Shown here: positions 42,177-55,469 of the stretch, in pieces
Layout of the letters: each line of letters starts with the position of its first letter
Position numbering within the stretch: the stretch's first letter is position 1
Assembly (NCBI GenBank): GCA_964016885.1
Contig: OZ024744.1
Span: forward strand, 33,790,001 to 33,854,000
DNA length: 64,000 nucleotides
Reading direction: 5' to 3'
DNA from: Eledone cirrhosa
Taxonomy: Eukaryota
Translations under genes and position numbers: made by a program
The notes under the pieces: model-generated
Database searches by the model: none
The model's input: the letters and a program-made list of their open reading frames with translations, nothing else
What the model was told of the DNA's origin: nothing

Positions 42177-44873
42177 ATGCCTCTCACCACCACCACAATC
42201 TTAACAAACACACAGACACAGAAAACAAGTAATGACAGTAGCACAGAAATCATAGAAATAAGGGAAAGTAATAGGATTAAAAAGAGAAAGGAGACTAAGG
42301 ACAAAGAGAATAACCAAGATGAACACACAGACACACAAAATAGGGTAGATAACAACAATGAGCCAGTGGAAAGAGACAAGAGTAATTGTGAGAGATATAG
42401 AAACAACCATGAGGCTGTTGGTGGAAATAGAAATAGAAACAACACAACTAACAATAACAATAGCACTAGTACACATAAAGCAGCAGCCTGGAACTCTACG
42501 TTTTATAATCCCTCCGATAAATCATTCGACCTGCGACGAGTCCACGCCACGACTTTACCATTTAACAAACGCACGCAATTGCCGTCGCAGGTCGATGAAC
42601 AAACAGAAGCACAATTAAGTATAGCTAGATCCGAACTTAGAAATATTATAGAACAGTATAGCAAGAAGCATAATAGAATGGAGGCCCAGCAACTGGGAGA
42701 AAAATCTGCAAATGGCTTGCGTAAGCTCATGCAGCGCTCACGTAATGGAGAGATAGCATGCTTTCCAACAGACAAGTCTGGCAGAATGTCGGTTGACAGC
42801 CTGCCAAACTACATCCAGGCAATGCAAACCCACATCACTAATACAAGAGAGGTAACACCACAGGAGCATGCGGATAGAGAAAAAGCCCTCAATGCCCATA
42901 TGGTGATGTGGACGAATATAATGCAGCCCAACAAAAGGACTGCCAACAACTTCCAGGCCTGGAACAATGACGGGCCGGCGTTGTATGGGCTTCGAAAAGA
43001 CCATAAAACGGGCTGTGACCCTGTCGCGGGACCACCAACACGGCCAGTCTGTGGAGCTAACATTGCTAGTAACTACAGACTGTCCTACTTCCTCTCCCTG
43101 ATCATACGCCCCATCACTGAAATGTCCCCGGATGTATGTGACAGCACGGAGGACCTCCTCAGCAGAATCGGCGTGAGTAACCGATCTGGAGACCTAACAA
43201 ACTGCATAATAGGCAGTATGGATGTTGTGTCCCTGTATCCATCTATTGACGTGGATTTTGCTGTGGAGAAATGCGTAGAAATGATCAGTGAGAGCAAGGT
43301 TGAGTTCCGTGGGATTGATACCAGTGAGCTGGGACTTCTACTTAAGCTTACCTATAGTAATAATTACCTAGACACATATGACCTTAGCAACCTGTGCCCT
43401 ACAAGACCAGCAAGAGGCAGACCACCTACCATTACCTCAATGGCCAAGAAAACCCACACAGATAGATGGAACGGGTGGACCAGAGCCATACGGACACCCG
43501 AAAACCACGATGAACTGAAGAAAATGATTGCACATGCGGTAGGGGCCAGCATAAAACTAACCCTTAAGGAACATATGTTCAAATTTAATAGAAAAACATA
43601 TGCCCAAGAGGAAGGAGCAGCCATTGGTGTTAGCATTGCAGGCGACATAGCTAACTTATTCGTGGTATGGTGGGACAGTAGACTTAAACTTAAACTTAAA
43701 GAACAATTAGAAGACCCCTTAACCCTGATAATGTACTCCCGCTACGTAGATGATATAAACATCGTAGTTAAGACACCCCCACTAGAGAACAGTCAGGAAC
43801 TAGAGAAAAACACAATGGAAAGCATCCAGCAAATAGCAAACTCCATCCACCAGAGCATTAGAGTTACTATAGACTACCCAATTAAACACCCCAACCATCG
43901 ATTACCTGTACTAGACACAGAGCTCTGGTTAGATACCATTAACAACAAAAAACAAATCCTCCATCCCCATTATGCCAAACCCATGACTTCCAAACATCTG
44001 ATCCACCGAAACTCGGCCGTTTCGGACCATACCAAAATCAACATACTGATTGCGGATTTGGTACGGGTGATGAGAAATGTGTCCCGCATGTGCAACCCCG
44101 AAGAACTAGAGAGACACATACAACACTTCATCCACCGTATGCAGTTCTCTGGCTACAATCAGAGAGATAAAATAAGAGTGTATAGAGGAGCCAGAACCAA
44201 ATGGGAAAAAATGGTAAATAATGACATAAATGGGACCTGCCCCTTGTATAGGAGCAAATTTTGGAATAGAATAGAAAGAACTAGGAACAAGGCTAATAGA
44301 ATAAACTCATGGTATGATAGCAATAAATACCAGAGTGTTATGTTCATCGATACAACCCCTAGAGGTGAATTAGCTTACAAATTTAGAAGGGCCCTAAATA
44401 AACATAAACTCAATATTAAGATAGTAGAAAGACCAGGTACCTCCGTAAAAACACTTATTAGCAAGACATACCCTTTTCTAAGACCCTCATGTATAGATAA
44501 GAAATGTATAACCTGTAAAATAAGCCCCAATATTAACTGTAAAACTAGAAATGTAGTGTATAGCATAAGATGTACTGAAGGACAATGTAGAGACAAAAAT
44601 ATAGTGTACATAGGTGAGACAGCTCGTAGTGTAGGGGAACGGATAAATGAACACTGGCGAGACCTTCAAGATAATAAAGAATCATCTGTGCTCTACCAAC
44701 ATGCTAAGATAGAACACAAGAGTAAATTAGAGAACATAGAAATAAAAATAGAATCTACACACAGAAAAGACGCAATGTTTAGACAAATTACAGAGGCAAT
44801 AAACATAAAAGAATTACAACCAAAATTAAATAGAAAATATGAGTGGAACAGCAACATCACAACTTACAATTAA
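42177..44873 (+). CDS. Penelope-like element polyprotein: reverse transcriptase + Cys-rich linker + GIY-YIG endonuclease (uninterrupted 898 aa)
   Basis: RT motifs RPVC, GSMDVVSLYPSID, QEEGAAIG, RYVDD. Linker CIDKKCITC..C. Endonuclease NVVY..IVYIGETAR..ERINEH..EA..I..LN. Confidence 0.93.
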   Translation: MPLTTTTILTNTQTQKTSNDSSTEIIEIRESNRIKKRKETKDKENNQDEHTDTQNRVDNNNEPVERDKSNCERYRNNHEAVGGNRNRNNTTNNNNSTSTHKAAAWNSTFYNPSDKSFDLRRVHATTLPFNKRTQLPSQVDEQTEAQLSIARSELRNIIEQYSKKHNRMEAQQLGEKSANGLRKLMQRSRNGEIACFPTDKSGRMSVDSLPNYIQAMQTHITNTREVTPQEHADREKALNAHMVMWTNIMQPNKRTANNFQAWNNDGPALYGLRKDHKTGCDPVAGPPTRPVCGANIASNYRLSYFLSLIIRPITEMSPDVCDSTEDLLSRIGVSNRSGDLTNCIIGSMDVVSLYPSIDVDFAVEKCVEMISESKVEFRGIDTSELGLLLKLTYSNNYLDTYDLSNLCPTRPARGRPPTITSMAKKTHTDRWNGWTRAIRTPENHDELKKMIAHAVGASIKLTLKEHMFKFNRKTYAQEEGAAIGVSIAGDIANLFVVWWDSRLKLKLKEQLEDPLTLIMYSRYVDDINIVVKTPPLENSQELEKNTMESIQQIANSIHQSIRVTIDYPIKHPNHRLPVLDTELWLDTINNKKQILHPHYAKPMTSKHLIHRNSAVSDHTKINILIADLVRVMRNVSRMCNPEELERHIQHFIHRMQFSGYNQRDKIRVYRGARTKWEKMVNNDINGTCPLYRSKFWNRIERTRNKANRINSWYDSNKYQSVMFIDTTPRGELAYKFRRALNKHKLNIKIVERPGTSVKTLISKTYPFLRPSCIDKKCITCKISPNINCKTRNVVYSIRCTEGQCRDKNIVYIGETARSVGERINEHWRDLQDNKESSVLYQHAKIEHKSKLENIEIKIESTHRKDAMFRQITEAINIKELQPKLNRKYEWNSNITTYN

Positions 44874-45071
44874 GGACAAAATGAAAACACACACACATAG
44901 AACAAACAACCAACCAGTAACATGTAAATAAACAAATAAATAAATGAACATAAACACACACAGACACCCGGATGTGGCGCATGCGCAGACTGAGCACACA
45001 ACACACACACAGAAACAAAATGGCGTAGGACAGAACAAAGGAGAGGCAGAGAAACAATGAAAGGAATCCCC

Positions 45072-45116
45072 AGTCACTGAAGAGGTCACAGAGTGTGTGA
45101 CGAAAGAACTATGACT
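45072..45116 (+). ncRNA. Minimal HHR motif in 3' pLTR of PLE A
   Basis: AGTCA-CTGAAGA-g-GTCACA gagtg TGTGAC-GAAA-GAAC-TA-TGACT. Confidence 0.78.
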
Positions 45117-45263
45117 ATATATAAACAACTATCTGGTTGTGGAACCAACCAACCAACCAGAAATTTATAAATTTATTATAAATTTATTATAATAAATTGA
45201 AGTGAAAGCAACTGGTGCGTGTGTTTCTTATTGGCAACATGACCCTCCCAAAGTATAACAATA

Positions 45264-45352
<89 letters not shown>

Positions 45353-45547
45353 GCTGCGGGTTTAACCCTGCGATGGACTGGCGTCCTCTCCAGGAGGGAG
45401 TCTTGTACTCTCAGTCGCTACACGCCATGAAACCGGGATAAGCACCGGCCAAATGAACCTTCTGGCTTAAGACAGACTTTAGACTTTATATATATATATA
45501 TATGTGTGTGTGTGCGCACGTGTGTATGTGTTTAATATAGAAATGAA

Positions 45548-45592
45548 TTCTACAGAACTAGAACTGTTTCATTCGATGGAAATCATCAGGAA
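45548..45592 (-). ncRNA. Minimal HHR motif
   Basis: Minus: TTC-CTGATGA-tTTC catc GAAt-GAAA-CAG ttctagtt CTG-TA-GAA. Confidence 0.6.
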
Positions 45593-45688
45593 AGCCTGAT
45601 TATTTATATATCAAACATTATGTACTCTATATATTGAGTACCTTACTTACTGTGGTTACCCCCGCTTGAAGCCGGGACACACACACAC

Positions 45689-45798
<110 letters not shown>

Positions 45799-46099
45799 TA
45801 TACATGTGTATATATATATACACAAACACACACAACACACTCAATATATATATGTCTTAGTTTCTAACTTTATGTTTTCATTGTTAGGACTGAGTCATAA
45901 CATTTCTTTTAGGCGTGTTTGACGATGCGTATACATTCGTCTTCTTTATTTCAGTATATATTTCATTGTAGCTTTCACACTAGATCCCAGGTAATACATT
46001 AAAATATATAAGACAGTGGATGAGAAAGTTATGGCCCTTAAGCATATCAGATTACAGAAAGATAAAAAATCAAGGTTTTATTGTTAATTTATAAATATG

Positions 46100-49000
46100 T
46101 TTTCTGCAGGGTTTGGGAGTAACGTTACTTGATAAAGTGTGTTGTTTGGAGATCAGAGAGCCACTCCAGGTTGAGCTGCTACTTCTCCGAATTGAGAGAT
46201 CACAGCTCTGATACTATGGACATGTGGTTAGAATGTCACAAGAGATCAGAGAGTCACTCCAGGTAGAGCTGCTACATCTCCGAATTGAGAGATCACAGCT
46301 CTGATACTATGGACATGTGGTTAGAATGTCACAAGAGATCAGAGAGACACTCCAGGTTGAGCTGCTACTTCTCCGAATTGAGAGATCACAGCTCTGATAC
46401 TATGGACATGTGGTTAGAATATCTCAGGAAATCAGAGAGTCACTCCAGGTTGAGCTGCTACTTCTCTGAATTGAGAGATCACAGCTCTAATACTATGGAC
46501 ATGTGGTTAGAATGTCACAAGAGATCAGAGAGTCACTCCAGGTTGAGCTGCTACTTCTCTGAATTGAGAGATAACAGCTCTAATACTATGGACATGTGGT
46601 TAGAATGTCACAAGAGATCAGAGAGTCACTCCAGGTAGAGCTGCTACATCTCCGAATTGAGAGATCACAGCTCTGATACTATGGACATGTGGTTAGAATG
46701 TCACAAGAGATCAGAGAGTCACTCCTGGTAGAGCTGCTACTTCTCCGAATTGAGAGATCACAGCTCTGATACTATGGACATGTGGTTAGAATGTCACAAG
46801 AGATCAGAGAGTCACTCCAGGTAGAGCTGCTACTTCTTTGAATTGAGAGATTACAGATCCGATACTATGGACATGTGGTTAGAATGTCACAAGAGATCAG
46901 AGAGTCACTCCAGGTAGAGCTGCTACTTCTCCGAATTGAGAGATCACAGATCCGATACTATGGACATGTGGTTAGAATGTCTCAGGAGATCAGAGAGTCA
47001 CTCAAGGTAGAGCTGCTTCTTCTCCGAATTGAGAGATCACAGATCCGATACTATGGACATGTGGTTAGAATTTCACAAGAGATCAGAGAGTCACTCCAGG
47101 TAGAGCTGCTACTTCTCCGAATTGAGAGATCACAGCTCCGATACTATGGACATGTGGTTAGAATGTCACAAGAGATCAGAGAGTCACTCCAGGTTGAGCT
47201 GCTACTTCTCCGAATTGAGAGATCACAGATCCGATACTATGGACATGTGGTTAGAATGTCACAAGAGATCAGAGAGTCACTCCAGGTAGAGCTGCTACTT
47301 CTCCGAATTGAGAGATCACAGATCCGATACTATGGACATGTGGTTAGAATGTCACAAGAGATCAGAGAGTCACTCCAGGTTGAGCTGCTACTTCTCCGAA
47401 TTGAGAGATCACAGATCCGATACTATGGATATGTGGTTAGAATGTCACAAGAGATCAGAGAGTCACTCCAGGTAGAGCTGCTACTTCTCCGAATAGAGAG
47501 ATCACAGATCCGATACTATGGACATGTGGTTAGAATGTCACAAGAGATCAGAGAGCCACTCCAGGTTGAGCTGTTACATCTCCGAATTGAGAGATCACAG
47601 CTCTGATACTATGGACATGTGGTTAGAATGTCACAAGAGATCAGAGAGCCACTCCAGGTTGAGCTGCTACATCTCCGAATTGAGAGATCACAGCTCTGAT
47701 ACTATGGACATGTGGTTAGAATGTCACAAGAGATCAGAGAGTCACTCCTGGTAGAGCTGCTACTTCTCCGAATTGAGAGATCACAGCTCTGATACTATGG
47801 ACATGTGGTTAGAATGTCACAAGAGATCAGAGAGTCACTCCAGGTAGAGCTGCTACTTCTCCGAATTGAGAGATCACAGCTCCGATACTATGGACATGTG
47901 GTTAGAATGTCACAAGAGATCAGAGAGTCACTCCAGGTAGAGCTGCTACTTCTCCGAATTAAGAGATCACAGATCCGATACTATGGACATGTGGTTAGAA
48001 TGTCTCAGGAGATCAGAGAGTCACTCAAGGTAGAGCTGCTTCTTCTCCGAATTGAGAGATCACAGATCCGATACTATGGACATGTGGTTAGAATTTCACA
48101 AGAGATCAGAGAGTTACTCCAGGTAGAGCTGCTACTTCTCCTAATTGAGAGATCACAGCACCGATTCTATGGACATGTGGTTAGAATGTCACAAGAGATC
48201 AGAGAGTCACTCCAGGTTGAGCTGCTACTTCTCCGAATTGAGAGATCACAGATCCGATACTATGGACATGTGGTTAGAATGTCACAGGAGATCAGAGAGT
48301 CACTCCAGGTAGAGCTGCTACTTCTCCGAATTGAGAGATCACAGATCCGATACTATGGACATGTGGTTAGAATGTCACAAGAGATCAGAGAGTCACTCCA
48401 GGTTGAGCTGCTACTTCTCCGAATTGAGAGATCACAGATCCGATACTATGGATATGTGGTTAGAATGTCACAAGAGATCAGAGAGTCACTCCAGGTAGAG
48501 CTGCTACTTCTCCGAATTGAGAGATCACAGATCCGATACTATGGGCATGTGGTTAGAATGTCACAAGAGATCAGAGAGTCACTCCAGGTTGAGCTGCTAC
48601 TTCTCCGAATTGAGAGATCACAGATCCGATACTATGGACATGTGGTTAGAATGTCACAAGAGATCAGAGAGTCACTCCAGGTAGAGCTGCTACTTCTCCG
48701 AATTGAGAGATCACAGATCCGATACTATGGACATGTGGTTAGAATGTCACAAGAGATCAGAGAGTCACTCCAGGTTGAGCTGCTACTTCTCCGAATTGAG
48801 AGATCACAGATCCGATACTATGGACATGTGGTTAGAATGTCACAACAGATCAGAGAGTCACTCCAGGTAGAGCTGCTACTTCTCCGAATTGAGAGATCAC
48901 AGATCCGATACTATGGACATGTGGTCAGAATGTCACAAGAGATCAGAGAGTCACTACAGGTTGAGCTGCTACTTCTCCGAATTGAGAGATCACAGCTCTG

Positions 49001-51020
49001 ATACTATGGTCATGTGGTTAGAATGTCTCAGGAGATCAGAGAGTCACTCCAGGTAGAGCTGCTACTTCTCCGAATTGAGAGATCACAGCTCCGATACTAT
49101 GGACATGTGGTTAGAATATCACAAGAGATCAGAGAGTCACTCCAGGTTGAGCTGCTACTTCTCCGAATTGAGAGATCACAGATCCGATACTATGGACATG
49201 TGGTTAGAATGTCTCAGGAGATCAGAGAGTCACTCCAGGTAGAGCTGCTACTTCTTCGAATTGAGAGATCACAGCTCTGATACTATGTACACGTGGTTAG
49301 AATGTCTCAGGAAATCAGAGAGTCACTCCAGGTTGAGCTGCTACTTCTCCGAATTGAGAGATCACAGCTCCGATACTATGAACATGTGGTTAGAATGTCA
49401 CAAGAGATCAGAGAGTCACTCCAGGTTGAGCTGCTACTTCTCCGAATTGAGAGATCACAGATCCGATACTATGGACATGTGGTTAGAATGTCTCAGGAGA
49501 TCAGAGAGTCACTCCAGGTAGAGCTGCTACTTCTTCGAATTGAGAGATCACAGCTCTGATACTATGGACACGTGGTTAGAATGTCTCAGGAAATCAGAGA
49601 GTCACTCCAGGTTGAGCTGCTACTTCTCCGAATTGAGAGATCACAGCTCCGATACTATGGACATGTGGTTAGAATGTCACAAGAGATCAGAGAGTCACTC
49701 CATGTTGAGCTGCCACTTCTCCGAATTGAGAGATCACAGATCCGATACTATGGACATGTGGTTAGAATGTCTCAGGAGATCAGAGAGTCACTCCAGGTAG
49801 AGCTGCTACTTCTTCGAATTGAGAGATCACAGCTCTGATACTATGTACACGTGGTTAGAATGTCTCAGGAAATCAGAGAGTCACTCCAGGTTGAGCTGCT
49901 ACTTCTCCGAATTGAGAGATCACAGCTCCGATACTATGAACATGTGGTTAGAATGTCACAAGAGATCAGAGAGTCACTCCAGGTTGAGCTGCTACTTCTT
50001 CAAATTGAGAGATCACAGATCCGATACTATGGACATGTGGTTAGAATGTCACAAGAGATCAGAGAGTCACTCCAGCTGAGCTGCTACTTCTCCGAATTGA
50101 GAGATCACAGCTCCGATACTATGGACATGTGGTTAGAATGTCCCAGGAGATCAGAGAGTCACTCCAGGTGGAGCTGCTACTTCTCTGAATTGAGATATCA
50201 TAGATCCGATACTATGGACATGTGGTTAGAATGTCTCAGGAGATCAGAGAGTCACTCCAGGTAGAGCTGCTACTTCTCCGAATTGAGAGATCACAGCTCC
50301 GATACTATGGACATGTGGTTAGAATGTCTCAGGAAATCAGAGATTCACTCCAGGTAGAGCTGCTACTTCTCCAAATTGAGAGATCACAGCTGTGATACTA
50401 TGGACATGTGGTTAGAATGTCTCAGGAAATCAGAGAGTCACTCCAGGTTGAGCAGCTACTTCTCCGAATTGAGTGATCACAGCTTTGATACTATGGACAT
50501 GTAGTTAGAATGTCTCTGGAGATCAGAGAATCACTTCAGGTAGAGCTGCTAATTCCCCGAATTGAGTGATCACAGCTCTGATACTATGGACATGTGGTTA
50601 GAATGTCTCAGGAGATCAGAGAGTCACTCCAGGTAGAGCTGCTACTACTCTGCATTGAGAGATCACAGCTCTGATACTATGGACATGTGGTTAGAATGTC
50701 TCAGGAGATCAAAGAGTCACTCCATGTAGAGCTGTTACTTCTTCGAATTGAGAGATCACAGCTCTGATACTATGGACATGTGGTTAGAATGTCGCATAAA
50801 AAAATCGCTAGACGGATTCTACAGCCAAAATCAACTTGTAGGAGTCCCAGGGGTAGACCCCGTTAAAGATGGTTGGATAACACCCATGAGCTTGGCTGGT
50901 CACGCTTTGGGATCCAGCTGGATCAGTTGAAGATGGTTGCTTTTGACAGGACCCGCTGAAAGGAGTGTTTAAGGGCACTGCCCTCATGACCCTCTCAGGA
51001 ATAAGTGAGCGAAGCAGAAG
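46100..51020 (+). mobile_element. 5'-truncated RTE-clade LINE 3' end hosting the satellite
   Basis: Flanks read GVTLLDKV..EIRE before the array and RPRGRP-like/RWLDN..LGWSRFGIQ..KMVAFDR after it. Confidence 0.85.
46149..50792 (+). repeat. 93-bp tandem satellite (~50 units) derived from RTE LINE coding sequence
   Basis: Unit GAGATCAGAGAGTCACTCCAGGTAGAGCTGCTACTTCTCCGAATTGAGAGATCACAGATCCGATACTATGGACATGTGGTTAGAATGTCACAA translates as EIRESLQVELLLLRIERSQIRYYGHVVRMSQ. Confidence 0.97.
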
Positions 51021-51144
51021 TTTGTGCAGTGCTTTTGTTTGTGTGTGAGAGAGAATGTATGTGTATGTGTGTGTGCGTGCATGTGTGTATGTGAGTGTAT
51101 GTTTCAGTGCGTGGAGAGTGAGAAGGAGTAGGACAGAAAGAGAG

Positions 51145-51294
<150 letters not shown>

Positions 51295-51306
51295 CGTGTG
51301 TGTGAG

Positions 51307-51369
<63 letters not shown>

Positions 51370-52026
51370 TGAGAGAGAGTGGGTGAGAAAGAGTGAGAGA
51401 GAGAGTATTAAACTGCAGATACAGGTTGTGAAAGAAGTTTATCATCTAAATAATTACTAAAACAAATAATTGTTTCTACTTTTGGCACAAGACCAGTAAT
51501 TCCCCCAGTACATTACTGGTACTTTATTTTATCGACCCCGTAAGGATGAGAGGCAAAGTTGACCTCAGCGGGATTGGAACTCACAAATTTCTAACACAAA
51601 TAATAGACACAAGGTCAGAAATATTTGACGAAGGTTTGGATTTCCTTGATTATATCAATCCCCATTGTTTGACCGATACTTATTTTATCTAACATTATCC
51701 TCATGTTCCCGCTACTCAGAGGTTCTCGAACGCGTTGGGCCACCGCACCTCTCACGGCCACGTGATACCCTCAGCGCTCCCTCCAACCCTATTTCCAGAG
51801 TGACCCGCCTACATGTAAATTGTAAATAATATATAATAGACAAAATATACTATTTATAGTATATATAAATATATATAAATGTTCGGTGAATCCATACGTA
51901 CATATATATATATATGTGTGCATGTATGTATATATATACATACTACTGTACGTCTGTATACATATATGTATGTACGTGTACATACTTATATATATATTTT
52001 TTATTTTGCTATATTTATATATAATA

Positions 52027-53157
52027 CTAGCTGAATGACTTGGCGTTGCCCGGGTTATTGCTGTTCTTATTCAGATCAGTAAACAATAAATATGAAGATT
52101 TTTTTTCTCATAACTATTTAAGAACACCTATATTTTATAAACAAAAATATCAAAATTGTAATGATAATAGAATTTAGAAATGAAGATCTCAAACTACAGG
52201 ATTAACTCTGAGATTTGTTAATTGAAATAACAAAAGTTAGTTTGACTGGAAACTGAATTCTCTTCAATTCAAATGGAACATCTGTAGGTATGAGAGGAAT
52301 TTTGGGAATAAAGACATTTTTGTTCAATATTGTAAACAAGTAAGTATCAACATCCAAAAGAAATATATATTAATGTCTATTTTTTGTATGCAGTGTAAAT
52401 TAACCAAATATAAGCAAATGTATTAACTGCTAATTTAGCGGTAAATGTGTACTTATATATACCTTGCAACTGCCTCAATAATTATTAGATAGATAGCGTT
52501 CTATGTATGAGAATATAAATATAAACGAACGGACACTCATACACTCACACAAACATACACCTATAAAAACACACACACAGACATACATTCATACAAACAC
52601 ATACAGAGTTTCACCCCCAGCGTTTCGTTATGTCAGTCGTCACAGAAATGTATGTATACTCACACATACATACACTCTCACATACACTCTCACACATATA
52701 CTTGTTAGTCGTCAAATATGTATATGTAGATGTGTGTGTGTGTGTGTGTGTGTTTAATTTTCTGTGTATCTGATTACATATTTACGTGAAGTGTGTGTGT
52801 ATGTAGCTTACTAAGGCCTAACGTACGTAACGAACACGCAAACACACAGACACATACGTACTCACAGACGCATACATACTCATAGGCACATACACACTCA
52901 AAGACGCATACATACTCACATACAAAATGCGACGTCGTCGTCATCGCGTTATAAAATATCCGTTTACTTTGTTGTCTATAGTAGATAATTGTAGATAAAG
53001 TGTTATATTGTTTTAATCCAAATGACAATAAAAATTGCATGTTGTTAATTCCGGGCTCTAATACTATTACCTGGTAAAATTTGATTTTATTTGGTCGAGC
53101 CGTTTGAGAATCGATAAGGAAAAGACAGACAGACAAAGAATTTTATAAATATAGAGA
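52027..53157 (-). mobile_element. Non-autonomous Helitron with Pif1-helicase remnant
   Basis: Minus strand A|TCTCTATA 5' end and CTAG|T 3' end preceded by a GC-rich hairpin remnant. 52205-52322 (-) encodes VFIPKIPLIPTDVPFELKRIQFPVKLTFVISINKSQ. Confidence 0.85.
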
Positions 53158-53489
53158 TGTAACATTTGATATTTATTATACTATTATATCATATATATAT
53201 ACAATAGCATAATATTATAAATAATAAATTCATACATCCCCCACCGCCTCCTTAGTCCCCAACATCCTCCTGGATCTTCTCAACGCCCCAAGGGAGCGGT
53301 AGCGCCCATTTTGAGAACCTCTGCCGTAACTGGTGCAGTCAGTCGTTGAGGTGCCACTCAAGACGTTTTGACAGCCATCAATCGACACTGGTTTCATAGA
53401 CGGAACGGTCGTGAAGTTTAGTCTTATCCAGTCTTTCATGTTGTCAGGACAGGATTTGTATTATAACTATCATTTCAACACCATAATCT

Positions 53490-53866
53490 AGTGTTTGATT
53501 ATGCAGGACTCAATTAATTCATAAGTAGGGCTGGGTCCTGTCTGACAGCGCTCCTTGGCCTCCTGCTCCTTATGTTTCTGTTTGTCGGTCTAACTTGGGT
53601 CAGGCCAAGCCTAGCTTCATCCTAACAGACATCCTCCATCCAAGTCGTTTTTTATCTTCATGGGCCTCTACTGCATCCTGAATCGACATTCATCACTTTG
53701 CTGATCCAGCCCTCACTGTGCTCGACATGACCTTACCAGCGCATGCGTCTCGTGTGAAACACATCCTTGAGGTCAACGATCAGTAGTCTTTTCAGGAGCT
53801 CAGTTGATTTGGTATCATCCTCAGTGGTTACACTGCACATCATAGCCCTGTCATTACTTCTGAGTC
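53490..53866 (-). mobile_element. RTE/RTE-X-like LINE 3' fragment, same family as 29150-29500
   Basis: Shared blocks AGACATCCTCCATCCAAGTC, CAGGAGCTCAGTTGA and TTTGATTATGCAGGAC. Confidence 0.7.
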
Positions 53867-54108
53867 GAAAATATAAATAAAAATCTATAACTACTTGATG
53901 TCAAGTTCATTGGCGACGAATTGTCTGATATTTACTTCAGACTAGAAAATAAGAATAGATCATATCTCTATCTATTACCTACGTCTTCCATTTATTTTAA
54001 TGCGTTAGCCGGTTGCTGGCTCTGTGTTTGTAATGTGTGTGTATAAGTTGTGTATGTGTGTGTTACTATATCTATGTTTTTGCGTATATAGGTATGCATG
54101 CATCTCTT

Positions 54109-54163
<55 letters not shown>

Positions 54164-54237
54164 GGGGGGGAAAGAGATGCATGCATACCTATATACATGC
54201 ATACATATATATATATGTAATATATTTGTGTATGTGC

Positions 54238-54265
<28 letters not shown>

Positions 54266-54268
<3 letters not shown>

Positions 54269-54472
54269 ACGAAGGAAATGTGGTAAGGAACCAGGTGGAC
54301 CATAACGCACCAAAGTATTCAATACTTGGGGTAATAGAGTGGGTAATAGGAACCAGTAAGACCCCGACGGCTGAGCTCAAACCGTTTCGACGGCTAATTC
54401 TGGACTAAAAAATTTTAGTCCAGAATTAGCCGTCGAAACGGTTTGAGCTCAGCCGTCGGGGTCTTACTGGTT

Positions 54473-54477
<5 letters not shown>
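54266..54477 (-). mobile_element. Fold-back element family B, copy 3
   Basis: Tail plus perfect palindrome 54346-54477, with (TA)n on both sides. Confidence 0.8.
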
Positions 54478-54543
<66 letters not shown>

Positions 54544-54867
54544 GTATTTATGTATATATATATATATATATTGCTATACTTGGGGAGGGTCATATTGTTG
54601 TAATAATATTGCTAGAATTAATAACAGAACACACTCACTCTATATTTATATATTTCGATATGTCTCATATGAAATAATACAGCCAATTTTCCACGCAATA
54701 CTTTTAGTTAGCACCCCGAACGCAAATTGGGAATATAATCACTTATTTCCTAATGTTTGTTGAGTGCGTTGGAATTTTGCCGGAGTATCGCTAAAAAGCT
54801 TTCTCCGATATTGTATTTATATATTTATATATATATTTATATATATATGTATGTATATATATATATG

Positions 54868-54937
<70 letters not shown>

Positions 54938-55152
54938 GGAATACGGTTGGCTTCTTGCTACAATACTTTCTATACCTTTCATATATATATATAAGATAAC
55001 AAGTTATCGTTATAGGTAATCCAGTTAGAGGTTGTGAGTACTCCGTGTCGTGGATAGTTTTAACGTACGGCTTTGTTTGACTCAACAAGATGTTTCCATA
55101 GTTAGACAGCGAGTTCGCGGGAATTCCTATGTAGGTTATACTTAGAGTAATA

Positions 55153-55272
55153 ATAGTGAAAGAATGAAGAGTAACATGGTTGGCTGTACAACAAGGGGCT
55201 TTATTTCAGGTATTATACCTGAAATAAAGCCCCTTGTTGCACAGCCAACCATGTTACTCTTCATTCTTTCAC

Positions 55273-55275
<3 letters not shown>
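55153..55275. repeat. ~120-bp palindrome at the end of a TA-flanked fragment
   Basis: ATAGTGAAAG...TTTCAGG tattata CCTGAAA...CTTTCACTAT, with 1 mismatch. Confidence 0.85.
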
Positions 55276-55356
<81 letters not shown>

Positions 55357-55408
55357 CATATATATATATATATATATATATATGTGGGTATGGATGAATT
55401 TATATATA

Positions 55409-55469
<61 letters not shown>

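Larger units (their letters stand above)
41913..45263 (+). mobile_element. Penelope-like retroelement A (Neptune/Nematis-like, clade uncertain) with 3' pLTR, ending in (TA)n
   Basis: PLE ORF plus a 390-bp 3' region containing an HHR, abutting (TA)n at about 45264. The 5' boundary is uncertain (CA-rich tract). Confidence 0.85.

Noticed and set aside
46149-50792. CRISPR array or repeat-protein gene
   Set aside because: Units are contiguous with no unique spacers. The peptide is RTE LINE C-terminal sequence and is broken by stop codons.
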